24,000 nt of DNA from positions 32,372-56,371 of the forward strand of contig JBBSUC010000019.1 of the NCBI GenBank assembly GCA_038235275.1, given 5' to 3'. Made by a program: the position numbers and the translations under genes. The notes under the pieces were generated by a model. It saw only the letters and a program-made list of their open reading frames with translations. It was not told the origin of the DNA and ran no database searches. Of the stretch, positions 15,895 through 23,425 are shown piece after piece. This DNA comes from Cytophagales bacterium. Lineage in GTDB: Bacteria > Bacteroidota > Bacteroidia > Cytophagales > Spirosomataceae. Positions within the stretch are counted from its first letter, which is position 1; each line of letters begins with the position of its first letter.

Positions 15895-17100
15895 TTAGGG
15901 CGTCGAACTGAAAAAGCTCACCGTGCCAAAAAGGTAACTTTGTATTGAAGTTCCATGGTCGCCGCCGGGAACTACGATCAAATCTACGTTGGTAGCCCCG
16001 CGCTTGCGCATGGCGTCGAAGGCGTTTTTGGAATTAAAAAAGAACACCAACTGATCGGCGTCGCCGTGGTAGAGCTGCGTGGGTGTTTTAGGTTTCCAAT
16101 CGTACACATTATTATCGGCCACAGCATCCAAAAAGCCCTTATCGGTGCCGTCGTTGACGCCTTTGACGAAAGCATCGGTGAAAATCGTGTTGAAGGAAAC
16201 GTCGATATCGACGTTCAGACCATTTTTTTCGATTTGAGTAGCCCAAGGTTCTTTGAAGTAAGCCGATTTGGGACGGTTCAGGCCGTAGATGCGGTCGTAA
16301 GTGAGTGTCACCCAGAGGTAGGAGCGGTTGTAGCCCGCAATACCGTGGGTTTTATTATTAATCAAGTACTTCATGAAAGAGGTCTTGTCGTAGGCTCCCG
16401 CTCCCAGGCTGGACGCCCGCAGATCGAACTCGGACAAAGCCTCTTCTTCAATTTTTTTCTGTAAAGACATAGAGGCAAAACCACCTTCCGAGTAGCCCGC
16501 GATGTAGAGTTTGTTATTCCACTTCACCGCGTTTTGTCCTTTCAGAAACTCCTTGGCCGCCCGCAACATATCCAGTGAAGTCGATGCCAGACTGGCGCGG
16601 TGTTCGTAAGGGTGGGGCAGGTCTTTGGAAGCGCCGTAACCGATGTAGTCGGGGGCAGAAATGATGTACCCCAGCGAACTGAACAGGGAGTTGAGCGAAG
16701 CGTCGGCCCCGTCTTTAAAATTTGAGGGTGCCTCACCGTCGCTGGTGATTGTGCCGTGCTGCACACTTACCAGCGAAACAGCATCGGAGGTGACGGGCAA
16801 AATCAGCGCCCCGGAGGCCATGATTTCCTTGCCGTCCGTATTCTTGGTCTTGTAGGTGATACGGTAGCCTTTGATGCCGTTCCTAAGAATGCCAGAAACC
16901 AAAGGGCCAAGGCCAAGGCTCGATAGTTGGGTGGCAATTTGGTCTTTGGAAAGCTCGACACCGATACTACTGTCGACCAGGTATTGGTTTTGTGGATCGG
17001 CGGGCGGCTCGGTGCGATCGCAGGAGGAAAAGAAAAAGAAGCTAAATGCAAGCAGCAGCCACGGCTGACGCAGCCGCAGGAAGTCATAACGTTTTTTCAT
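15895..17100 (-). CDS. Secreted or lipoprotein lipase / alpha-beta hydrolase (LIP-family-like)
   Basis: The track start at 17166 is GTG. The ATG at 17100 gives MKKRYDFLRLRQPWLLLAFSFFFFSSC, a signal peptide with a lipobox. It has a nucleophile elbow GYSEGG and a late HGDADQLV and GGDHG region consistent with the acid and His of the catalytic triad. Confidence 0.85.
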   Translation of the reverse strand: MKKRYDFLRLRQPWLLLAFSFFFFSSCDRTEPPADPQNQYLVDSSIGVELSKDQIATQLSSLGLGPLVSGILRNGIKGYRITYKTKNTDGKEIMASGALILPVTSDAVSLVSVQHGTITSDGEAPSNFKDGADASLNSLFSSLGYIISAPDYIGYGASKDLPHPYEHRASLASTSLDMLRAAKEFLKGQNAVKWNNKLYIAGYSEGGFASMSLQKKIEEEALSEFDLRASSLGAGAYDKTSFMKYLINNKTHGIAGYNRSYLWVTLTYDRIYGLNRPKSAYFKEPWATQIEKNGLNVDIDVSFNTIFTDAFVKGVNDGTDKGFLDAVADNNVYDWKPKTPTQLYHGDADQLVFFFNSKNAFDAMRKRGATNVDLIVVPGGDHGTSIQSYLFGTVSFFSSTP

Positions 17101-17173
17101 TGATTCGAAAGTAGTGGTTTGCGTACGAAATTTATAACGCAACAAACCGCGCTTTCGTTGCGCCACACCCTGC

Positions 17174-17896
17174 TCAAAACTCTTGCCCGGCGTACCAACG
17201 CAGGATACGGGCCGAGGCTTCGGGCCGCTCGATCATACCCAGGTGACCCGCGTCGGCCAGCACGAAGGGATAAATCTTTTTGGGAAACCGTGCCTGTTCC
17301 ATTACCGTCTCGAAGGGAACGACCTGGTCGTCCATGCCAACGATAAAGACAATGGGAAAGGGCAGGGTAGCTAACACGTGGGTCCGATCGGGGCGGTCAC
17401 GCATGGCTTCCATGCCCACAGCCAGGGCCTCGGCAGGGAGTTTGCCATAGTGCTGGATGAACTTTTCAACCTCCTCTGGGTGGGTTTCCTTGTAGCTTTG
17501 CCCAAAGAGATTGGGGGCGGTGCGACGAAGGAATGTTTCCGCGCCTTCGCCGCGCAGAAGTGCGGCCATCTGGTTGCGCTGCTCTTTCCTGTCCTCATTA
17601 TCAGCCAAAGCTGACGAATGAAAGAGGCCGAAGCCTTCCAGCATCTCGGGGTATTTTTCGGCAAAAGCCAGGCTAATATAGCCACCCATCGAATGCCCGA
17701 TGAGGATGAACTTGTCGATCTGCGAAGCCGAAAGCAGGCGATGCAACTCGTCGGCGTAGGCTTCCATCGTGTGGCAGTTCGTCAGCAGCGATACGTTAGG
17801 CCGCACGATAGTAAACGCATCATCCAGCAGCGGAACGATCTCGTCCCAAAGCGCGTCGTCCATGCCGTGGCCGTGAAGGAGTACGAGGATTTTCAT
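17174..17896 (-). CDS. Alpha/beta hydrolase
   Basis: It has the oxyanion region LLHGHG, the nucleophile elbow GHSMGG and a catalytic His in DAGHLGMIERPE. Two ATG starts are possible. The one at 17896 (MKILVLLHGHG) has an A8 leader. The one at 17923 overlaps the fadD stop by 8 nt. I prefer 17896 on weak evidence. Confidence 0.85.
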   Translation of the reverse strand: MKILVLLHGHGMDDALWDEIVPLLDDAFTIVRPNVSLLTNCHTMEAYADELHRLLSASQIDKFILIGHSMGGYISLAFAEKYPEMLEGFGLFHSSALADNEDRKEQRNQMAALLRGEGAETFLRRTAPNLFGQSYKETHPEEVEKFIQHYGKLPAEALAVGMEAMRDRPDRTHVLATLPFPIVFIVGMDDQVVPFETVMEQARFPKKIYPFVLADAGHLGMIERPEASARILRWYAGQEF

Positions 17897-17915
17897 TTTT
17901 TTTTGAATTGTTGAG

Positions 17916-19604
17916 CTATTCATCTCGCAAAGCTCTCCGCAAAATCTTCCCGACGTTCGTCTTGGGCAGTTCGTCGCGGAATTCGATGAATTTGGGGCAT
18001 TTGTAGGCTGTCAGGTTTTCGCGGCAGTAAGCTTGTACTTGGGCTTCGGTGAGGTTGGGGTCTTTTTTTACGACAAAAATCTTGACTGCCTCGCCGGAGC
18101 GTTCGTGCGGCACACCCACACAGGCTACTTCCAGCACACCGGGACACTGCGATACTACGTCCTCGATTTCGTTGGGATATACGTTGAAGCCGGATACCAG
18201 GATCATATCCTTCTTGCGGTCCACGATCTTGAAATAGCCATCGGGACTGCGTACGCCGATGTCGCCCGTCTTGAACCAGCGGCCGCTTTCGTCCTCGAAA
18301 AACGTATTGGCGGTTTCCTCGGGGCGATTGTAGTAGCCGGGCATCACCTGCGGTCCCTGGGCGTAAATTTCGCCGGGTTCATCGTCAGCAGCCCACTTAC
18401 CCTCCTCGGTCATGATCCTGAGTTGTGTACTGGGCCAGGGAATCCCGATGGTGCCGACGCGGTTTTCACCAACCACTGGGTTGGATGTCAGAACAGGGGA
18501 GGTTTCCGACAGGCCATACCCCTCGGCGGGCAGGCAGCCCGTTTCCTTGTACCAGCGCTCGGCGACCACCTTTTGCAGGGCCATCCCCCCGGCGGAGGTG
18601 GCCTTCAACTGACTGAAATCCACTTCGCCGAAGCGGGAATTATTGAGCAAGCCGTTATAGAGCGTGTTCAAACCCGTGAAGATATTGACCTGGTATTTTT
18701 TCAGATCGTCAATGAATCCGTTCATGTCGCGCGGATTGGTGATGAGCAGGTTCATAGATCCGCTTTTTAGTGCCGTTAGTGCGTTGACCGTCAGGGCATA
18801 TACATGGTAAAGTGGCAGGGCCGCCACGAAGATTTGGGGGGCAGCGTCGCCCAGCAGCGGTTTGAGCCATGCGGTATTGGCCTCTACGTTGGAAATTAAG
18901 TTGCGGTGCGTAAGCATCGCGCCCTTGGACACGCCGGTGGTGCCGCCTGTATATTGGATAAACGCCAAATCTTTGTTCGACACTTCGGGCTTTTTGTAAG
19001 TGGCCGAGGCGCCCGAGGACAAAGCTTTGTTAAAGGCCACTGCTTTCGGCAGATGGTACGAAGGCACCATTTTCTTGACATACTTCACTACCAGATTTAC
19101 GATCAGCTTTTTGGGAAAGCTTAGTAAATCTCCGATTTGGGTCACGATGACGTGCTTAATGTCGGTCTCGGCGATGATTTTTCCCAGATTGGAAGCGAAA
19201 TTAGCCAAAATGACGATGGCCTTCGCGCCCGAATCCGTGAACTGATGCTTCATCTCGCGGGGCGTGTAGAGCGGATTGGTATTCACGACCACCATCCCGG
19301 CGCGGACAATGCCATACATAGCCACTGGGTATTGCAACAGATTGGGCATCTGGATGGCCACCCGATCCCCTTTTTCCAGACCAATGCTTTGCAGATAAGC
19401 CGCAAACTCACGCGAAAGTCGGTCGATGTCGCCGAACGTGAGTTCTTTGCCCATGTTGGCAAAGGCGGGCTGATCGGCGTATTTTTTGAAGGCCTCTTCC
19501 ATTAAATTAATCAGGGAAGGATAGGCGTCGGGGTTTATTTCGTAGGGAACGCCTTCGGGGTAGGATTTGAGCCAGGGATAGGTGTCTTGGGTGATAGCCA
19601 TCAT
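17916..19604 (-). CDS. fadD: Long-chain fatty acid--CoA ligase
   Basis: 562 aa ORF with ATG ATG at 19604/19601. It has the AMP-binding signature YTGGTTGVSKGAMLTHRN, GYGLSETSP, TGDIG...DRKKDMI and the C-terminal lysine motif PKTNVGKILRR. Confidence 0.93.
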   Translation of the reverse strand: MMAITQDTYPWLKSYPEGVPYEINPDAYPSLINLMEEAFKKYADQPAFANMGKELTFGDIDRLSREFAAYLQSIGLEKGDRVAIQMPNLLQYPVAMYGIVRAGMVVVNTNPLYTPREMKHQFTDSGAKAIVILANFASNLGKIIAETDIKHVIVTQIGDLLSFPKKLIVNLVVKYVKKMVPSYHLPKAVAFNKALSSGASATYKKPEVSNKDLAFIQYTGGTTGVSKGAMLTHRNLISNVEANTAWLKPLLGDAAPQIFVAALPLYHVYALTVNALTALKSGSMNLLITNPRDMNGFIDDLKKYQVNIFTGLNTLYNGLLNNSRFGEVDFSQLKATSAGGMALQKVVAERWYKETGCLPAEGYGLSETSPVLTSNPVVGENRVGTIGIPWPSTQLRIMTEEGKWAADDEPGEIYAQGPQVMPGYYNRPEETANTFFEDESGRWFKTGDIGVRSPDGYFKIVDRKKDMILVSGFNVYPNEIEDVVSQCPGVLEVACVGVPHERSGEAVKIFVVKKDPNLTEAQVQAYCRENLTAYKCPKFIEFRDELPKTNVGKILRRALRDE

Positions 19605-19636
19605 TTGTTTGATCGTTGAATCGTGTAATCGTTGAT
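19605..19636 (-). repeat. Tandem octamer leader directly abutting the fadD start codon
   Basis: The plus strand reads ...ATCGTTGA ATCGTGTA ATCGTTGA (19612-19635). On the sense strand this is ATCAACGAT TACACGAT TCAACGAT CAAACAA ATG. It is homologous to the cysM leader block. Confidence 0.7.
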
Positions 19637-19646
19637 TTATTTAACT

Positions 19647-19656
19647 GTGATATCAC
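19647..19656. promoter_or_regulatory. Perfect 10 bp palindrome GTGATATCAC upstream of fadD (candidate operator)
   Basis: It is read directly from the sequence, 43-52 nt upstream of the fadD ATG at the edge of an AT-rich promoter-like region. Confidence 0.25.
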
Positions 19657-19747
19657 GCCTTCAATTTAAATAAATATTCAGATAATACTATTTTAGAAAA
19701 AAAATTGCATCACCTCGGTACTAAGTGCTTACTACATTTTAGGACGT

Positions 19748-20587
19748 TCAGGAAACCAAATACTTTTCTCCAATGCGCAGCACTTGATAAGGTGTGCCGT
19801 AGCGACGGGCTTCCTGCTCGAAGCGTGCGGGTTCTTCGGTGTTGAACTCGAAAAGGTGGTAATGGTGCGGGATGACGCAAGCCGCGCCGATTTCTTTGCC
19901 CAGTTGGGCGGCTTCTTCGGCACTGAGATTACCCGCCACGCGGCGTTCGGGACGGTTGCCATTGATGGGCAGCATGGCTACATCTACGGCAAAAGGCATC
20001 AGCAAATTTTCCAATCCTTTGAACCAAAGCGTATCGCCGCTGTGGTACACGCGGTAGCCGCCGAACTCCACCACGTAGCCCATGAACTTGCATTGGCCCA
20101 AATCGTCACGCTCCACGGTATTGTGTGCCGCCGGAATGCCATAAAAGCGAAAATCACCGATGTCTTTTACAAAAATATCGTTCATGCCGATGGGGAAATC
20201 TACGTCGCAGCTCAGTCGCTCGGCGATGAAAGCGCGATTAGCCTCGGGAATTACCAGCTCGATGCCGTGATTGGCGTCCAGAATGGGACGCAGCGTTTCA
20301 GCGTCGAGGTGGTCGGTATGGTTGTGGCTGCTCGTGACGAGGTCGAGGAAATCCAGCCGAGCCGGGTCGATGGCCCGCTCGCTCATGCGGACGTGCGGCT
20401 TGTCGGTCTCGGCGTACTTTTTAGTAAGAGAATCGGAAAGGTAGGGATCGAACAACAAATGCTTGCTCCGCCATTGGAGCAAAAAACCACTCTGCCCCAG
20501 CCACCAAATCCGAAAACCGCTAGGTTCATCAAAAGTGGCACGTATATCAGCCAGCAGGGCGTCGTCTTTTTGGTAAGCAGCGATCAT
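19748..20587 (-). CDS. MBL-fold metallo-hydrolase (COG2220 / UlaG- or NAPE-PLD-like subgroup)
   Basis: It has the metal-binding motif SSHNHTDHLD, WWLGQSGFLL in beta-strand 1, a later HSGDT, and IPHHYH. The track start at 20644 is GTG. ATG candidates are 20641 (1 nt overlap with the GNAT stop) and 20587 (MIAAYQKDD...). I prefer 20587 because the intervening segment forms a 13 bp inverted repeat and translates to low-complexity sequence. Confidence 0.85.
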   Translation of the reverse strand: MIAAYQKDDALLADIRATFDEPSGFRIWWLGQSGFLLQWRSKHLLFDPYLSDSLTKKYAETDKPHVRMSERAIDPARLDFLDLVTSSHNHTDHLDAETLRPILDANHGIELVIPEANRAFIAERLSCDVDFPIGMNDIFVKDIGDFRFYGIPAAHNTVERDDLGQCKFMGYVVEFGGYRVYHSGDTLWFKGLENLLMPFAVDVAMLPINGNRPERRVAGNLSAEEAAQLGKEIGAACVIPHHYHLFEFNTEEPARFEQEARRYGTPYQVLRIGEKYLVS

Positions 20588-20594
20588 GTTGGAT

Positions 20595-20652
20595 AATGAT
20601 GAGTGATAAAGGATTGCTGATTTTGCAGAGTATGCATTCATCACTCATCATT
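20595..20652 (-). other. 13 bp perfect inverted repeat bridging the GNAT stop codon and the MBL hydrolase start region
   Basis: AATGATGAGTGAT (20595-20607) and ATCACTCATCATT (20640-20652) with a 32 nt loop. One arm covers the last GNAT codons and stop. The other ends 7 nt upstream of the ATG at 20587. Confidence 0.6.
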
Positions 20653-21162
20653 CATCACTTTTTTTAACTCCCAGCGCCAGACCAGGCCGTCGTCGGGGTC
20701 GTTGAAATCACCCGTGCGGGTGAAGCCGACTTTCTGCAAAAGCTTGGTCGAGTAGTTCTCTTCGGGCAGGGTGTGGGCGATGACTTTTTTTACTTCGGTG
20801 TGGGCGAAGGCGTGGCTCACCAGCCCCTGTGCCGCTTCGGTGGCAATGCCTTTGTGCTGGTGCGTAGCACGAACCTCATAGCCGATTTCTACGCTTCCTT
20901 CGGCGTCGGGTTCGCCTTTGTAGCCACAGGAGCCCACCAGAATATTGTCCGGCTTGTATACGATGAGGTGTACCCACCAGTCGCGCAACGGCGGGTGAGC
21001 CTTCCAGCGTAAGTAAGCTGGAGCAAAGGTGTCGCGGTACTGCGACCATTTTTTTGGCACATTGGCTCCGATGGCCTGGGACAGTACGCTGCCGCCCATT
21101 TTCATGGCGTCGAATAGGGTGTCGTCGCAGGGAAGCAAGCGTAGGCGAGGGGTTTCAATCAT
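20641..21162 (-). CDS. GNAT-family N-acetyltransferase (RimJ/RimL-like)
   Basis: 173 aa ORF with an ATG at 21162. The N-terminus IETPRLRLLP is typical of the Acetyltransf_3 group. The acetyl-CoA-binding region is HQHKGIATEAAQGLVSHAF. It lies 22 nt downstream of the sulfatase gene. Confidence 0.88.
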   Translation of the reverse strand: MIETPRLRLLPCDDTLFDAMKMGGSVLSQAIGANVPKKWSQYRDTFAPAYLRWKAHPPLRDWWVHLIVYKPDNILVGSCGYKGEPDAEGSVEIGYEVRATHQHKGIATEAAQGLVSHAFAHTEVKKVIAHTLPEENYSTKLLQKVGFTRTGDFNDPDDGLVWRWELKKVMNDE

Positions 21163-21184
21163 GGAGTTGTGTAAAATGTCAATT

Positions 21185-22756
21185 TTATTGTGCCTCTTTT
21201 GCGCCTACTTTTTTGGCCCAGCCCTCATAAATTGCCAGCATCTCTTTCATTTTTTCAGGCATGGAAGCGGCCAGGTCATGGGTTTCGGAGCGGTCTTTGG
21301 CCATGTTGTAAAGCTCCCATTGATCTTTAAGTTTGGACGATACCAGTTTCCAGTCTCCTTGCCGCACGGCCCGGCAGCCGAAATGCTCCCAGGCGATGAA
21401 GTTGTGCGGGTTCCGTATTTTGCCTGCAAAAATCGGCACTAAACTTTTACCCTCCATCGGCTTTACTTTACGGCCATCGAAAGTAGTCGGATGTGTCGCC
21501 CCGGCCACTTCCAGACAGGTGGGCATCAAATCCATAATATGTCCAACCTGATCGGTTTGGAAGGCTTTCTTAATCAATTTCGGATAATGCACGATCAACG
21601 GCGTGGCAATGCCACCTTCGTGGGTGAACTGCTTGTAAAGCCGAAACGGCGTGTTGCCGAGGTTGGCCCATTCCATACCGTAGGCGTCGTATGATCCTTC
21701 CTGGCCCGTCGGCGTCACGAGCGAACGTTCGTAGGCTTCGGGTTCCAGGTCGCGTTTGGCGCGGACCGTCAGGACTTCGGCGCAGGCGCCATTGTCGGAG
21801 AGGAACATAATTAGCGTATTGTCCAGTTGCCCGGCGGCTTTAAGTTTGTCCACAATGCGGCCGATGCCTTTGTCCATTCTTGTTATCATGCCCGCGTAGG
21901 CGGCCATTTTTAGGTCCCAATCTTCCTTGTTGGGCGCGTCTTCCCAGGCCGGAATGCGGTCGTCTCGGTCGGAGAGTACCGCACTTTTGGGAAGGAGTCC
22001 CATTTTCTGCTGCCGCGCGTAACGGTCCTTGCGCAGTTGATCCCAGCCTTTCAGGTACTTGCCCTGGTACTTCGCAATTTCCTCGTCGGGCGCGTGAATG
22101 GGCCAGTGCGGGGCGGTGTAGGCCACGTACATAAAAAACGGATCTTTTTTGGCGGCTTTGGTAGCGTCGTCGATGTACCGAACGGCGTAATCCGAAATGG
22201 CGTCGGTCATGTAAAAATTCTCAGGGATTTTGTAGGGCTGGTTGTCTTCCAGAATCAAACGACCAGGCAGTAGACGATAGTAGCTGTTAGCCCCGCTGAT
22301 GAGGCCGAAGTACTTGTCGAAGCCCCGTTGCAGCGGCCAGTCGGGGCGTTCCTCGCCCACGTGCCACTTGCCCGACATGTAGGTGCGGTAACCCGCTGAC
22401 TTCAAAACCTCGGCGACGGTGACCGTCTCGCGGCTTAGCCAGCCCTGGTAGGGAGTTTCGCCACTATGATCAGGCTTCGTCGTAACCATGCCGCCCATAC
22501 CCGCCTGCTGCGGATAGACGCCCGTGAGCAGCGACGCCCGGCTCGGGCAGCAGCGGGCGGCGTTGTAAAACTGCGTGAATTTCACGCCTCCGGCGGCCAG
22601 TTTGTCCAGATTGGGCGTACTGATTTCGGAGCCGTAGCAGCCAATGTCGCTGTAGCCCATATCATCCACCATGATGAGGACGATGTTGGGTTTTTTGGCA
22701 AAGGTGCTGAGAGCAGAACCCAACAGCAGGACAATTATCAACAGTTTCATTTTCAT
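21185..22756 (-). CDS. Arylsulfatase (type I sulfatase, Cys-type formylglycine)
   Basis: 523 aa ORF with an ATG at 22756. It has a signal peptide (MKMKLLIIVLLLGSALSTFA), PNIVLIMVDDMGYSD, the formylglycine motif CCPSRASLLTG and GKWHVG. Confidence 0.92.
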   Translation of the reverse strand: MKMKLLIIVLLLGSALSTFAKKPNIVLIMVDDMGYSDIGCYGSEISTPNLDKLAAGGVKFTQFYNAARCCPSRASLLTGVYPQQAGMGGMVTTKPDHSGETPYQGWLSRETVTVAEVLKSAGYRTYMSGKWHVGEERPDWPLQRGFDKYFGLISGANSYYRLLPGRLILEDNQPYKIPENFYMTDAISDYAVRYIDDATKAAKKDPFFMYVAYTAPHWPIHAPDEEIAKYQGKYLKGWDQLRKDRYARQQKMGLLPKSAVLSDRDDRIPAWEDAPNKEDWDLKMAAYAGMITRMDKGIGRIVDKLKAAGQLDNTLIMFLSDNGACAEVLTVRAKRDLEPEAYERSLVTPTGQEGSYDAYGMEWANLGNTPFRLYKQFTHEGGIATPLIVHYPKLIKKAFQTDQVGHIMDLMPTCLEVAGATHPTTFDGRKVKPMEGKSLVPIFAGKIRNPHNFIAWEHFGCRAVRQGDWKLVSSKLKDQWELYNMAKDRSETHDLAASMPEKMKEMLAIYEGWAKKVGAKEAQ

Positions 22757-22916
22757 ATGCTAGATATTTTATTATCGGTAGAAAGCCACAAGAAGCGGTA
22801 TTTCTACTTCCATAGCTATCTTGGTGAGGATTTGATACAAACCTCAGTCGGAATATTTGCCACAAAACCAAGGCAATAGATTCCCCAAAATAACCGAAAT
22901 GGGTGAAAGTTATGAA

Positions 22917-22946
22917 TTGGTATTCAATTTTAGTGTATTAATTTTT
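22917..22946 (+). promoter_or_regulatory. Candidate promoter (TTG-N19-TAatTTTT) for the small lipoprotein gene
   Basis: TTG at 22917-22919 and TAATTTTT at 22939-22946, about 34 nt upstream of the ATG at 22980. The last base of the -7 box is T rather than G. Confidence 0.3.
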
Positions 22947-22979
22947 TACTCAAAAGACGACCACAAAACATTTACTAAC

Positions 22980-23231
22980 ATGAAAATCAAATCTCTGGCG
23001 ATTGTCGCCCTACTCACCGCCCAAGTAGCACTTTTCACGTCCTGTGCGGGCGAACAGAAGAAAACGCCCAACTCCGAAATGAACGACGTCACCAAAACCG
23101 GAGGTGACGAAAGCAACGCGGCCATTGGCGTTGGTGCCGGCAATCAGGACGAAGTGGGCGGCTACCCAGCCAACCAGGCTAACCTGCATCCCGATTCGAC
23201 GCGTCGCGACACGAACGACATCCGCCGCTAG
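22980..23231 (+). CDS. Small hypothetical lipoprotein (83 aa, disordered mature part)
   Basis: The track start at 22857 is TTG. The ATG at 22980 gives MKIKSLAIVALLTAQVALFTSC, a signal peptide with a lipobox. The remainder is a Gly/Asn/Asp-rich low-complexity tail. Confidence 0.6.
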   Translation: MKIKSLAIVALLTAQVALFTSCAGEQKKTPNSEMNDVTKTGGDESNAAIGVGAGNQDEVGGYPANQANLHPDSTRRDTNDIRR

Positions 23232-23234
23232 GAG

Positions 23235-23365
23235 TAGAGACGCGTTTTATCGCGTCTAGCCGACGAATCTGCGTTGCTTAAAGGTTAAATCGGGGACAAA
23301 ATTCCTGGCTTATAGCCTTGCGGGGCGCGCTAACGCACGCCTATACGCGATAAATCGCGTCTCTA
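23235..23365. repeat. REP-pair / MITE-like element of about 131 bp with 21 bp inverted ends, each end itself a hairpin
   Basis: TAGAGACGCGTTTTATCGCGT (23235-23255) matches the reverse complement of ACGCGATAAATCGCGTCTCTA (23345-23365) at 20 of 21 positions. The internal stems are AGACGCG/CGCGTCT and ACGCGA/TCGCGT. Confidence 0.55.
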
Positions 23366-23388
23366 TTATTCGGGAAGGATAATTTTTT

Positions 23389-23396
23389 TAGCTTTG
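23389..23396 (+). promoter_or_regulatory. Candidate -7 box TAGCTTTG (exact TAnnTTTG) for the DUF853 ATPase gene
   Basis: The exact motif lies 30 nt upstream of the GTG at 23426. There is no clear -33 TTG. Confidence 0.35.
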
Positions 23397-23425
23397 GGAA
23401 TTCAAACCCAAAATCCACCCTTCCT

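Noticed and set aside
17138-17162. Stem CGCAAC / GTTGCG between the alpha/beta hydrolase and lipase genes, plus a TAAATTTC -7-like box (17127-17134, minus strand).
   Set aside because: The stem is 6 bp with alternative pairings. The -7-like box lacks the terminal G and has no -33 TTG at the right spacing. It is plausible as an internal terminator and promoter pair but is not supportable from sequence alone.
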